A DNA stretch of 64,000 nucleotides from Octopus bimaculoides. Taxonomy: Eukaryota. Both the position numbers and the translations under genes were made by a program. This document shows, piece after piece, positions 12,979-25,910 of the stretch (positions within the stretch are counted from its first letter, which is position 1; the number at the start of each line of letters is the position of its first letter). Under the pieces are notes generated by a model that saw nothing but the letters and a program-made list of their open reading frames with translations, had not been told where the DNA came from and did not search any database. The stretch is taken from contig NC_068983.1 in NCBI RefSeq assembly GCF_001194135.2, forward strand, positions 81,041,515-81,105,514, in the 5' to 3' direction.

Positions 12979-15900
12979 ACATTCTTATGATATATACAAA
13001 CATATGTATAGATACATGTATATATATATATATATGTACATACATACATATGTTTGTTGTTGACCAACTATTAGATATACAGAAGCAGAAAGTACACTTT
13101 AAAGATATTAATATGTAAAGGCAACTGTCATTTTGCATAAAGTGAGACTTCCCATTCTCTGAATAAGCTTAAAGAAACAGGTTCAGAAAATTATTATCTG
13201 TTAGAAGTTCTGGCAAAAGAAAACAGAAATGGCATGAATAAGTTATAGTTAATAATGCATGCCTAAATTTGAATAACTTGAAAAAGTACTTCACTCGCAA
13301 AAATGACATAAAAAGCCAAACACTCTATTTTCAAGTGTATTTTTTGCATAACCAAGTGGTTTGAATTGTGTGATGAAACAAAGGAGAATTTATCTTATAA
13401 GCAGGAATGTTAATAATGATTTTAAAGTGTTAGAACATCTCTTTAACAGAAAAATTGTTATAGTAAAGAATAAATGCTATCTTGGCTTTTTTTTCTCTTT
13501 ATCATCCATTCTTTTTTCTATTAAGATAATGTAGAAATGGAAAAGATATTCAGATAAAAATAAACTAAGATATGAAGCGACAATAGATTTATTAGTTTCA
13601 ATGCCAACAATGGTAAGAAACTGAAGTTTGAAAAAAAAAAAATCAAAGTGCTTATAAGATAAATAAAATGTATCATAAATGTTCCATAGATGGCCATGTT
13701 GATTTAGTGTATGGTTGAAATAGGTTAAATATCAGTGTTTATGTGTCTTAAGGCTAAAACAGTTCTTACAAGACAACATTTAGATTTAGAGAATTCTTAA
13801 TTATTGTTAACAATGATACAAAATTAATTAGAAGATCTGATTTCAAAGACTTACATTTTGTTCCGCTCATGAAATATGATTGGTCTACAAGAACAGAATA
13901 AGAAACCTCAGACCTAATGTCAAATAACATGCCAAATTATATTTGTTAGAAAAATCAAATCAATTAAACTGAGATGTATTAATGATATATATTAATAGTG
14001 AATTTAAAGTCTATTATTTCTCAAGAAGATAAGAAATATCTTCATTATAGTTATATAATTTTTTTTGAGATTTTTATGTAATACTGAAGAAATGAAAGGA
14101 AATTAAAGAATAATGTAGAAATATTTAAAGGGAAATAAGGTTACATCATAAAAAAGAAGAAAAATACTTTTAAAAGTCAATCTGATCATTGTAAACACAG
14201 AAGTTAGAATTTCTTCTTTTTATTGACTCTTTTACATTTTTTTTGTAAAAAGAAATGTAAGGTTAATATTTTATCCATAATTAAGATATGACATAGTGGA
14301 CTTTGGACAAAGGACAAAGCATAGATAATATATGGAATTAACAAGGAAGAGGGAACAGCACAATATGCCCTTTGAAGGGCCCTCCCAGAATAGTGTAATT
14401 CAGAATTTAAAAAATGTAAACAAAGAGACTGTTTGTTTATATGATTTGAACTTGCATCTTTAAATTTAAATTCTTCAAGGTCTGGCTTTAATTTTCACAA
14501 TTATATCTCTTTTGTTATTTAGCTAGAGAATGAACAGCACAAAAGACCTTTGCAAGCTTGCAGATTACTGATGTTGATGCAGTTGACATTGTTTTCAGGA
14601 CTAATAAGTATCATTGATTATATTTTTTCAATACATTTACAAAAACAAAGAAAAAAAAAGAATGTTTTGTATTTTCCCCCCATAATACAAGTAGTTCATT
14701 GGATCCCTAAGCACAATAATGTTTCACCAAGGAATGAAGAAATATGATGAACAAGTATTCTTGAATAACTTCCACTATGAAATATAAACATATCTAAAGT
14801 TGTATCTATTAATAAATCATTAAACATTTATTTATTTTTAAAAATCCTCAAAGCTTGGAATGAGGATTTGGTTTGCTCAAAGGAACTAGCACTTCCCGTA
14901 CAATAACCCTTTTCTAACTGGCTTGATTGTTAGGAAATCTTTTGCCAATAGAAACGCCTTCCTGTAGTGTATACTGGGTGTATTTTGGTACAATTTGGTG
15001 AGAAGACTGAATATACTAACCCTGATTTTGGCAATTAATCTAAGCGATGAACACTTCAAATGTAATACCTGGAACCATCATGAGAGCTAACCTTCATTTT
15101 GAATAATCAGCATCGGTAGGATGGATGACAAAAAATATCTTTGTATTTGACTACATTACCAAAGTAGATAGATATAATTTTGTCTGATGTTGACTAGATG
15201 GGCCATAACCTGTACATAATGAATAGGTACACAGCAAATTGTGATGCAGATTAGACAGATACTGTTTGCCTGTGCAAAAAAAAAATGCTAAGGGGGTATA
15301 AACACGGTCATCATATTTGCAACTAAAACATAGCCCCTGCCATCAGAAGTGAAAATAAAGAAAAATGAAGATTGTGCAAAATGGAAATTAGCGAAATAAT
15401 TTGTAAATCACAAAAAAAAAAAAAAAAAAACTTAGTAAAAAAAGATTGTACTTAATGTGAATATTTATCAATTGTGTTTTTAAAAATTTCTTGGAGTTAT
15501 GTTCAAAAATAAAATTCATTGAAATATTTTATTAAAGAACAACATTTTATAAGTTTTACACACAGCAGATAATGAACCTTCTAAGATAAATGAAACATGC
15601 ACATGCAAATAAATAAATAACTTGATAAATGAATAAATAAAATGATTTCAAGTAAAAATGCTAGTAGTTCATTCATCTAAATTCTGTATATTTTATTTCT
15701 GTGAACATTTTTCAAGAACAAGAAACTAAATGTAATGCCATCTATCATTGCAAAATTATTACAAGGCTTTTTATTTGGTGAGCTCGATTGAGAAATAAAT
15801 TGGAATATGTAAGCCATGCAGAGATTTCCAAAGACTAAATATGTAAGCTACATTGATGTTCTCAAACTATATGAGGTTAAATAGCATGTAACCCATTCTG

Positions 15901-16966
15901 CTGTGAAAAAAGAAAAAAATCGAAATTTGAAAAATTTCATTTCTATGTAGATGATTATAAACAAAAGACAAATGTCCTTTCTTTAACTTGGTATTGCAAC
16001 AACAAATTTACCATAGAAAATAATAGTTGCTCATAAGTAACGGCAGTTGGTCTATTATTGACATTTTTCATTGATAAAAACAAAATTGTTGCCTTGTGAA
16101 AAAGAACAAAATAAAAAATAATATAACTGATGTCAGATGAACAGCATTTATCAGATAAATACTATTTTTTTATCAGATAAACAAAATTTGCAAATTTATT
16201 CTTACAATTTATTTTTATTGCTGTTGTGGAATAGTCAGATGCATAGACCTTGCAGCATAACGTTCTGAGATCAAGTATTTCTTATTGGATATCAACAAAG
16301 TCAACATAGGCATGTCCCAGTGTGTCACCACTTGTACCAGTATATTACAGATTCTTAGCCTAAATATTTGAACTCAAACCTGTTATATTGAAACCTTTTA
16401 TAATCAAGTATCATTACATCTGAGCCAATCTAATATTTGGCAATGATCAACTTTAGATGATAACCTGCCAATCTTTTACACATTGTTATCAGCTTAAATG
16501 AATATAACATTCATAACATTGATTACAAAATGTTATAAACAAATTTATTAGATGATGATTTTGTCAGGACAAGAAACTAAGTTTTTAAAATTAATTTTTA
16601 TTTTAATTCTATTACATTTTTATATTATAAATGCAACTTACATATTACTATGTTAGCAGTTTCTTGTTATGAATGTTGTGAAAGGCTTGATAGCTTAAAA
16701 TAAGAGACAAGAATGATGATTAATTGCTAATGGACAATGGTCAACACCATTATGTTGTTCTCACTGAACTTCTACATAAAGTAGCATGTAATAAAATATG
16801 TAAAGCCAATGATGGTAAAAGAAACTGGCATAACTCTATAAAAATAAATACTTCTCTTTTACTGAGAGGGTTGAGCGGATTGAGGTGATCAGAGAAAAGA
16901 GAAAAATGGAAACTGAAAGTGTAAATGGGAAAAATGACACAATAATATTTCAGCGTAGTCACTTAC

Positions 16967-17050
16967 CTTCATATGCACCTAAGTGATCATCTATTTGACC
17001 AGCACATGCTTTCCTCCACAGAGGCTTGTAGGAATGATATGTCTGTATGT
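16967..17050 (-). CDS. Upstream coding exon of the same zinc-finger gene (84 nt, phase 1-1)
   Basis: Acceptor cattttctcccattag| and consensus donor GAAG|gtaagt. Only one frame is open: (D)IQTYHSYKPLWRKACAGQIDDHLGAYE. It joins in frame to 3846-4030. The W...GQID motif resembles the ZNF384 N-terminus (PYFWP...GQIEN, recalled). A second acceptor lies 8 nt inside, at 17042. Confidence 0.8.
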
Positions 17051-17669
17051 CTAATGGGAGAAAATGCAGTTGTATAGGGACAGGAAGCAAAAGACTTTCA
17101 TGACAATACAATTTAATTAACTAAAAATTCAAAGAAAGTGTTGGTTTTTAGCAATTATAGCAAATATTTTAAAAGCAATAAAGTATTTGGTTTTTAGTTT
17201 CTGAGCATGTAAATTAGGGCTCTTCTCCCACACTCCTTATAAAGACTGCACATTATATATGTGTGTCTGTGTGTATACATATGTACATTGTTTTATATTA
17301 ACTCTTTTGCTTAGAAAATTATTTGTTATTGAAATCTTGAGAAATTGGCAAATATTTAACAATTACTATAGTTACACATCAGTTTAAAACTACATTACGT
17401 AGCTTCCACCTGCTTTTACAAAGGTGAGTTTTTGAAGAAGAATAAGGATGTCAATAAAAGACACTCTCAGTCAAGAAACAGTGGTATAAGAGTGTAGAAG
17501 AAGCTAATGATAACAAATGCTTTATGACTTTTTCTTAGTGGATAGTTGTGTATAATGATGGGTTATATGTCTTGCCCATTTTTTTTTTTGCATTTAGAAT
17601 AAATATAACAGAAACATTATTATTTCTAAATCTCTCAACGAGAGACATACAGTAACTACTTTAAAGTAT

Positions 17670-17825
17670 AGATTATTTGCCAATATAATATGGCAGTCTC
17701 CTGTTTGAAAATATAAGGACACAGATTGTGTGTCGCATAGACAACTGGAGACAATGTTTCCTGGGGCTAAACAACAGTAGCATTCATCCCAACCGGGACT
17801 GCCATATTAGGTTGGCAAATAATCT
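17670..17825. repeat. Short inverted repeat (31-bp arms), MITE-like
   Basis: AGATTATTTGCCAATATAATATGGCAGTCTC (17670-17700) pairs with GGGACTGCCATATTAGGTTGGCAAATAATCT (17795-17825), 28 of 31. Confidence 0.85.
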
Positions 17826-18265
17826 TTACAATAAATATAATATTTCTTTATCAAAATGTATGTAGATAACTACAACATCATCATCATCATTATCTAAACA
17901 ACTGTTTCTCTATATTCATATTATTTGTGAATATACATATGGATATGTATATTCTTTACTTGAAGACAGAACTGTAAAAAGGTTTGCAAATTTATTGAGT
18001 TTTAAGAGAATATTGAATGAGCATTATGAATGGTACTTAGGAAACGGATTTGGAGGGAAATTTTCATTTAGTGAGTAGTTCTTTCTGTCTCACTGTTCCC
18101 ATCATTAGCAAATACCTAACCAAAATAAGCAAATCATTTGCAAAGAAATTCTTTTCTAGTGGGAAAATATTAACTATAAAAAAAGATTACATAAAATTAT
18201 AAAGTAAACAAAAAAACTGTGCAAGAATTTGTAATTTTAGTGTCAGTGTTTGTGTATAAGTGTAA

Positions 18266-18318
<53 letters not shown>

Positions 18319-18364
18319 AGTTATAAATTCAATTCACTGGAAACTCTTACACTATGACATCCAC

Positions 18365-18397
<33 letters not shown>

Positions 18398-19044
18398 CTT
18401 AAATTTGATTGAATTTTCAGATTTTGAAATTTACAGTAACAAAAATTGAACTTTCAAATTATAATTTTTTTAAAAAGGTATTCCATGTTTTTTGTAACCT
18501 TTGCCAGTTGTGGAAACAAACGCTGATAGCTCTCATATATTCTACTACGTACAGCACTGAATGCATATCTCAGCAGTAGTTGGTAGAAATACCTTATTGA
18601 CTTCAACCATAGTTATTATTATCTAGGTGATGGTTGATGAGAAAAGAACACTAAAATTGACACAAACTAGCAATAATGTGGCTTCCAGTTGCCGGGTTCT
18701 GCAATTTCTAACATTTTTCATGAACTGTGTGCAAATGTATTTTTTTATATTTATATAATTTTCCTCAAAACTAACCTTTTAAACATTCCCTTTGCATCTC
18801 CCCCTCCCCATCCCAACATACACTATTATCAAAATCAAAAGGACACCTGAGGATAATATGGATCTTGATATATAAAGATATGTTATGGATATGGATGGAG
18901 CATCTTTCATCATGCCTGCTTGATCAGAGCTGACATAAGGCTAAATAACTTCAAGCATTTACAGTTCATTTCAGTTTCAGAATTATGTTTACACATATAC
19001 GCAAAACAGTTAAGAAACTATGTTTAGTATGTCAGTAGATACTT

Positions 19045-19432
19045 GAAAGTGGAGGCGCAATGGCCCAGTGGTTAGGGCAGCGGACTTGCAGTCATAGGAT
19101 CATGGTTTTGATTCCCAGACTGGGCGTTGTGAGTGTTTATTGAGCGAAAACACCTAAAATTCCACGAGGCTTTGGCAGGGGATGGTGGCAAACCCTGCTG
19201 TACTCTTTCACCACAACTTTCTCTCACTCTTACTTCCTGTTTCTGTTGTGCCTGTAATTCAAAGGGTCAGCCTTGTCACACTGTGTCACGCTGAATATCC
19301 CCGAGAACTACGTTAAGGGTACACGTGTCTGTGGAGTGCTCAGCCACTTGCACGTTAATTTCACGAGCAGGCTGTTCCGTTGATCAGATCAACTGGAACC
19401 CTCGACGTCGTAAGCGACGGAGTGCCAACAAC
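19045..19432 (+). mobile_element. Full-length tRNA-derived octopus SINE (OR2-like)
   Basis: tRNA-like head with box A TGGCCCAGTGG (19061) and box B-like GGTTTTGATTCCC (19104); about 390 bp; CAA-repeat tail; target-site duplication AGATACTT at 19037-19044 and 19433-19440. Family name is from recall. Confidence 0.9.
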
Positions 19433-19708
19433 AGATACTTATTAGTACCTTTGTACTAATAAGAGATATTGCCAAAATAAAACATCAGGTGAAATATTTA
19501 ATTTATTAAACCATTTATAAAACTATAGAATAAAAAAAAAATTATAAAATAAAACTATCCAGTTTAGAACTAGAATAGCTTTTACTGAAAATTAATAGCA
19601 AAAATACCTTTTAGTTGCTGACTTGCAGAAAGAGAATGGACAAAGAATAATGGCATAAAAAAAAGAGTACCATTACCCATATAATAGTTGGATCATGTAC
19701 GTTAGCTA

Positions 19709-19709
<1 letters not shown>

Positions 19710-19759
<50 letters not shown>

Positions 19760-20010
19760 TATTATAATAATAATAATAATAATAGTAGTAGTAGTCCTTT
19801 CTACTATAAGCACAAGGCCTGAAATTTTGGGTAAGAGGACAAGTTGATTACCTTGACCCCAATGCATAACTGGTACTTATTTCATCGACCCTGAAAGGAT
19901 GAAAGACAAAGTCGACCTTGGTGGAATTTGAACTCACAATGTAAAGACAGACGAAATGCTATTAAGCATTTTGCCTGGCATGCTAACGTTTCTTCCAGCT
20001 CACCTCCTTA
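19710..20010 (-). mobile_element. SINE of the GGCGAGCTGGCAGAAT family with (AAT)n tail
   Basis: Homologous to copies at 20012, 31342, 43374 and 46892. Confidence 0.85.
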
Positions 20011-20011
20011 G

Positions 20012-20362
<351 letters not shown>

Positions 20363-20586
20363 TGGAATTTGTCAAAATCAAGAAATTTCCTAAGAGACCT
20401 TCTTAGAAAATAGTCATGTTTTTAATGAAATTAGGTTCATATTGAACAGAACTATTTGTGTCTTATTGAATAATTCCAAATCATGAGTGATGTGGTCACT
20501 AAATAGTACATTTGAAGTTACAAAATAAAAATAAGTCATTGAGACATTAACGAAAAAAAAAAAATTTAAATAAAGTATGTGTGTAT

Positions 20587-20626
<40 letters not shown>

Positions 20627-21501
20627 TACACACACATATTACTCATCTATACATATACATGCACACAAACATGTAAGTATATTTTCATCATAATCATGTT
20701 TTAATGCTCAGGTTTCCATGATAGCATGGGTCAGACAAAATTTGTTGAGATAGATTTTCTACAGCTGGATGTTATTCCTGTTACCAACCTTTACTTGTTC
20801 CCAAGCAAGGTAATAATTCACCTGAGTAAGGAGATGTATGTGTGTGTGTGTGAGTGGGGTGGTGGTGTAATATATATATATATTAATTTAATTCTAATTT
20901 TTAATAAATTGACTTTAATTGAGTTTTTACCTGTAATTTTGGATTTTATCTCTAATATTATTATTATTATTATANNNNNNNNNNATTTTCTGGTTCTGTT
21001 GAAAAATTTGCTAAAAAATTATAATAGAGTATCCTGTATGTTGAAAACCTATATGGTCTTATGCGTCCAAGAAGAACAGTTTATTTCAAATTGATGTAAT
21101 GCTTGCATTGATTGATTAAATAGAGCCACTTGAAACAGCTATAATGCACTAATACCTGGACATCCTCGTTACTTATTTGCTTTTTATTCACCTAACTTCG
21201 AGCTATACGAACAATTCTGGACTGACTTGGTACCTCAACTTAAGTGCCTAATTCAACTAAATCTTAATATTTCTATGCATAAGTATATGTATATATAATT
21301 GCTGTCAAAATGCAAAAGCATGAACAACTACCATAAAGTATACCATTGGACATGAATGATTCCAGCAATCTACTTCCTTGAATTAGTACTGTTTTATCAA
21401 CCTCAGAAGGACGAAATGCAAAGTTGTATTCTATTAAATGTACAGACAACTTTGCCAATTAGTTGCCTTGATAAATATTATCTCCCTCTGTCTTTTACCA
21501 T

Positions 21502-21555
<54 letters not shown>

Positions 21556-24503
21556 GATTAGTATTATATATATATATATCTGTGTATCAGTATATATGAT
21601 AGATAAATACTATATCCATATCTATCTATATGTATATATAAAAAAAAAGTTGAGATATTTTTATTTTTTAGTTTTTTTAAAAAGAAAATATTTGATGAGT
21701 CAGGCTTGAAATTGTTGGCAGAAAATTGGCACCTGTCATAGAGTGACAAGCTGATCTGATCTAATGTATAACGACATATTTAATTCTTATTGCTTGGATA
21801 CTCACATGGAGAAGAACCATGTATGAATGCTTGTATATACATATACAAACACACATGCACGCGTGTACATATATATGAGAGATAAAGAGAGAGAGACACA
21901 CAAAGATGGAGAGTAGAATTAAATACACTTTTACATATGCATGCATAAAGCTGCACATAAAATGGAACATAAGAGAGATTCTATTGATACCTTAATGACT
22001 ATGTCACTGACCTAGACATAACTTGCATTTTAATTGGATTTTATGTAAGGAAGAACTGCTGCCCTACTCTTTCTTCTCTGCTGCCTGCAGATATGCATAC
22101 ACATATATCAATGTCGTCTCTCTATCCAGGGATACCAGAGTACAGGGATAAGAAATGAGCTAGGGAGTTGCTACTGGAGGCAGTAGCTGTCACCTTGACA
22201 TTGTGATGACTTACAGAGTCCACTGTGGATTTTCAACCTACATTCAGTTTTGTTCTGTTCCCTGTTCCTCAGTCTGTCAACACACTTTCTTGTTCTCATA
22301 CATAGATATTTCATGACAGAATCTACATATAATACCTCTTCTCAATAATTAAGAATTTTAAAACTGATGCTGAGCAACCTCTTTAGATTCGCTCACATGA
22401 CTACACAAAGCACATGTACCAAGCCAACAGAGTATTTATGTAGTCTTTTGACTGGTTAGAAATAGCAGGTAAACTCCTTTCAAATTCAATCCAACCATCT
22501 TAAAAAAAAATGGCCATATCTAGAATGCTTTTGATCAGAGTTGACCAGGTGCTAAACAATATCAACCATATAGATATATATTTCTGCAAACATACTAAAT
22601 TTGTATTGCGAGCAAATTTCAGAAACAAGATGTTGTTTTCTTCTTTTTACTTAGCTTTTAAAAATTAAATTCTCTGCTGAAAGTAGCAGTTTTGCCAACA
22701 ATTATTTAGTTAATGCTTGCATGAAAAAAAAATCTAATGACAAAATCTGTTAGGATTTGTAAGTGTTATTTATCACTGATAACTTAAAAAAATATCTATG
22801 ATAAACCAGTAAGCCATTTGTTTAATTACATGGGGAAATAAATTCATCAGACACTCTGACAAGTTTGTAAACATATAGTGTATAGAGAGGAATGGTGAGA
22901 AAGAAAGAGAGATCACTGTTGAACCTCCAAATCTTCCTTTCTTCATGTGTGCCTATTAAAATTATGTTCTCTATTTCAAGAGATGTCCACTTGCTTGACA
23001 GCATAAACTCATATGTGCAAACATCATCTAAATTTTGCATCTAACATCTAATATACTTTCCCTGTTCTTCAAAAAGTTATTAACTTTAAATAATTCACAA
23101 TAAGTTCCATTTGATCACATGTCACACATGCATATCATGAAGGAAACAAGAGCTTTTCTCTGAGTCCATTCCAATGTAGTTGTTCCAATTCCACCAGCTG
23201 CTCCAATTCCATTTCACTCTACCTTATATATTTCGGGAGAATACAACTCTTAGACATAAGAGACCATCAACTGACCCCCAACCCCACCAAAAATACAAAA
23301 ACAAAACAAAACAAAGCAAGGGCATGTTCCCCTATCCTAACCACCAAATGAAATTCTATATTGCATTTACTTTTTTAATTATACCAAATTATTGTTATAT
23401 GTCTGTACTAAACAATTAATGTTTCAGAATCGTAGTACATCTGCCTATCTGTCTCTCATTTCAGTCCATTTGCTACTCACACCTAACAAAAGATTGGAAA
23501 AAATGAACAACAACCCCATGATCTGTCATGATTCTTGCCAGGATTTAGATGACAGAGCCTTAGAAGAAGATTTAAGCTAAACAGTTTATATCATATTACC
23601 ACTACTAAGATATTGGAAAAAAAATTACAATTGATGTTGAGAGAAAGTGAGGGAAGAGAGAGAGAGAGAGAGAGTGTGTGTGTGTGTGTGCGTGTTCATG
23701 CCCATGCAAACATCTGCATACATGCAGAAATGTGAATGCATTAGTATTGTTAGCGTTTGTGTAGCTACATGCAAGAAGTTGCTAAATGCTAGGAACTGAT
23801 TCCATAAGTGAAGTAATTCACTTCTTGCTGTTTTCTTAATCAGACTTCCAAGAAGACAACAAAAATACAGAAATATATCCAGTGCATTCTTCAAGATGCT
23901 CAACAGCAACACAGCTAACATTTAAACAAACAAAAATAAGTTCAAATAAACAAAAACACTACATTATCGTATGGTAAACTCCTTCTATTTTTCTTCTCAA
24001 AATGAATCATAATGAAAAACCTTGAGGAAAGCATTTAAAAAACATTTCAAATTAATCTCTTGACTATCATTGCTAAAATAACACCTCAAAACATGGCAAG
24101 TTACAACCTTCTTTTAAATGTCACTAAAAATTGAATTTTTACTTTAGAGTTTATTAAAACATTTTGATTTTTAATATTTTTTTCTTTTACTTTATTATTT
24201 AATTATTTTTTAAATTCATTTATTATGTTTTTAAATTGCCATTTTAAAAGGTTATATCATTGTTATTACTATTGGCACAGTATAGCCTCTTCCAGTTTAA
24301 CATTTTAAATTTTGTATTTTACTTTTGTTAAGGGATGGGGGTAAAATCAGATGATCTTTAAAGAAAGTCTTCACTTAAACAGCATTAAGTCCTTTCCTAC
24401 TAATTCCTTAAAAAACCTTTGCTACTAAAATATTTAATTCATAGTTGAATAAATTTCTAACAAAAACAAAGAAAGCAAAGAAGAACTGTCTGAGTGAACT
24501 TAC

Positions 24504-24518
24504 CATCAAACAAGTGAT
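24504..24518 (-). CDS. Candidate 15-nt microexon of the zinc-finger gene
   Basis: ctttcttcctttgttactaaaag|ATCACTTGTTTGATG|gtaagt; phase 1-1 reads (D)HLFD in frame with the 17050 acceptor. The AAG acceptor is weaker than CAG/TAG. Confidence 0.5.
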
Positions 24519-25025
24519 CTTTTAGTAACAAAGGAAGAAAGTTCAATCCCTCAGAGAGATATTTAACTGAATCTGTATGTAAAGCTATAAATATTCTGCA
24601 GTTAAAATCTTGTAACGGCTGCTGCACATACTAGAGCCATTACTCAAAACTTGACACCTGTCCATAATCTTATAAAATCTATGGTTTATCTTAATAAATA
24701 CAGATAAGCTTTTAAGACAAATTATGCTTCCTTTTAAGAAAAGAAATTTTTTTTTCATAGAAGAATTTTAAGATGACTATTGTACAAAAAGAAAAAAAAC
24801 CCCCAGAAAATAGTAAGATTATAATCATTAGTTACATTTATTACTCAGCTGGGGAAAGAATAGTTGACTAATTGTAAGAATTTTAGACTTTGTAGTACAA
24901 AGATCAGTGTTCAAACCCTGCCTGAAATATTTTAAATGTTTTTCTTTCCATTTACCAGCAGAAATGTGTGCGTATGTGTGTGTGAGAGAGAGAGGGGGGG
25001 TGAGAGAGAAGGAGGGAGAGGGAGG

Positions 25026-25100
<75 letters not shown>

Positions 25101-25719
25101 GGTAGTGTGAGTATGCTGCAATAAAATAACAGCCAGACTATGAAGAGGCAACTGAGAGAAACTATGCTCCATTATCAGTAGAACAGGAACACTCTGGTAA
25201 CTCACTTTTGATACTTTATTTATACAATACTGAAATGAACATTCCACTAACTATTTCTACCATTTGCTTTGGATTTGGATGCTACATACCAAAACAATGG
25301 AAATGATATTCTCTTTGTAACTACTACCCATTACATTATATGTTCCATATATGTAACATATCAAAAGTTTCTACCACTGACCTCTGTCATTTTGCATTCT
25401 AAGTTTCAATGTCTTTCAATAAATTTTACTTCTATGCATAATTCATTTATAATTAAAATTTATTTTTGCACTATATCTGATAAAATAAATGCATTGGAAA
25501 AGTGATTAAAAGTAGATATGGTTTAGTAGTGGAGGTTCAAAGTAGAGTCATAAGAGAGAAGCAGTTGACTATAGGGAAGTTAAATGTAACACTTTTTCAT
25601 ATGTTGTTCATTTTAAAAGGTAACCTTGGATGTGTTACAAATACTTATCATGTCATTGACTAGACTCCATGATGTTATTATACATTGCTGGTCACAATGT
25701 GTTTTTGCATTGTTTTAGA

Positions 25720-25910
25720 CTTCAAATGACACCACCCCTTCTGGCTAGGTGAGCAGGCCAACATTCCCCCCACCCAATCGAAAGAGGGACTGGTGCAACA
25801 TGAAATGAAGTGTTTTGCTCAAGAATATAACACACAGCCCTGTCTGGGAATCAAACCTATGATCTAGCAATCGTGAGTCCAACGAACTAACCACTAGGCC
25901 ATGCGCCTTC
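25720..25910 (-). mobile_element. tRNA-derived SINE (OR1-like), partial
   Basis: Minus strand reads GGCGCATGGCCTAGTGGTTAG...GGTTTGATTCCC (boxes A and B), then TTGAGCAAAACACTTCA central domain; related to 63664-63900. Confidence 0.8.

Noticed and set aside
19051-19125. tRNA-like sequences (also 25840-25910, 29255-29297, 63664-63735)
   Set aside because: They are SINE heads continuing into SINE bodies, without intact cloverleaf or Pol III terminator; not tRNA genes.
20790-20845. Minus-strand CAG|GTGAAT with a possible 27-nt open exon (GELLPCLGT)
   Set aside because: Lies within a dispersed RTE-tail repeat fragment and has weak donors; chance or at most minor exonisation.
25203-25240. 24-nt candidate exon with GTGAGT donor (YCINKVSK)
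   Set aside because: Open only in phase 0, incompatible with the phase-1 neighbours.
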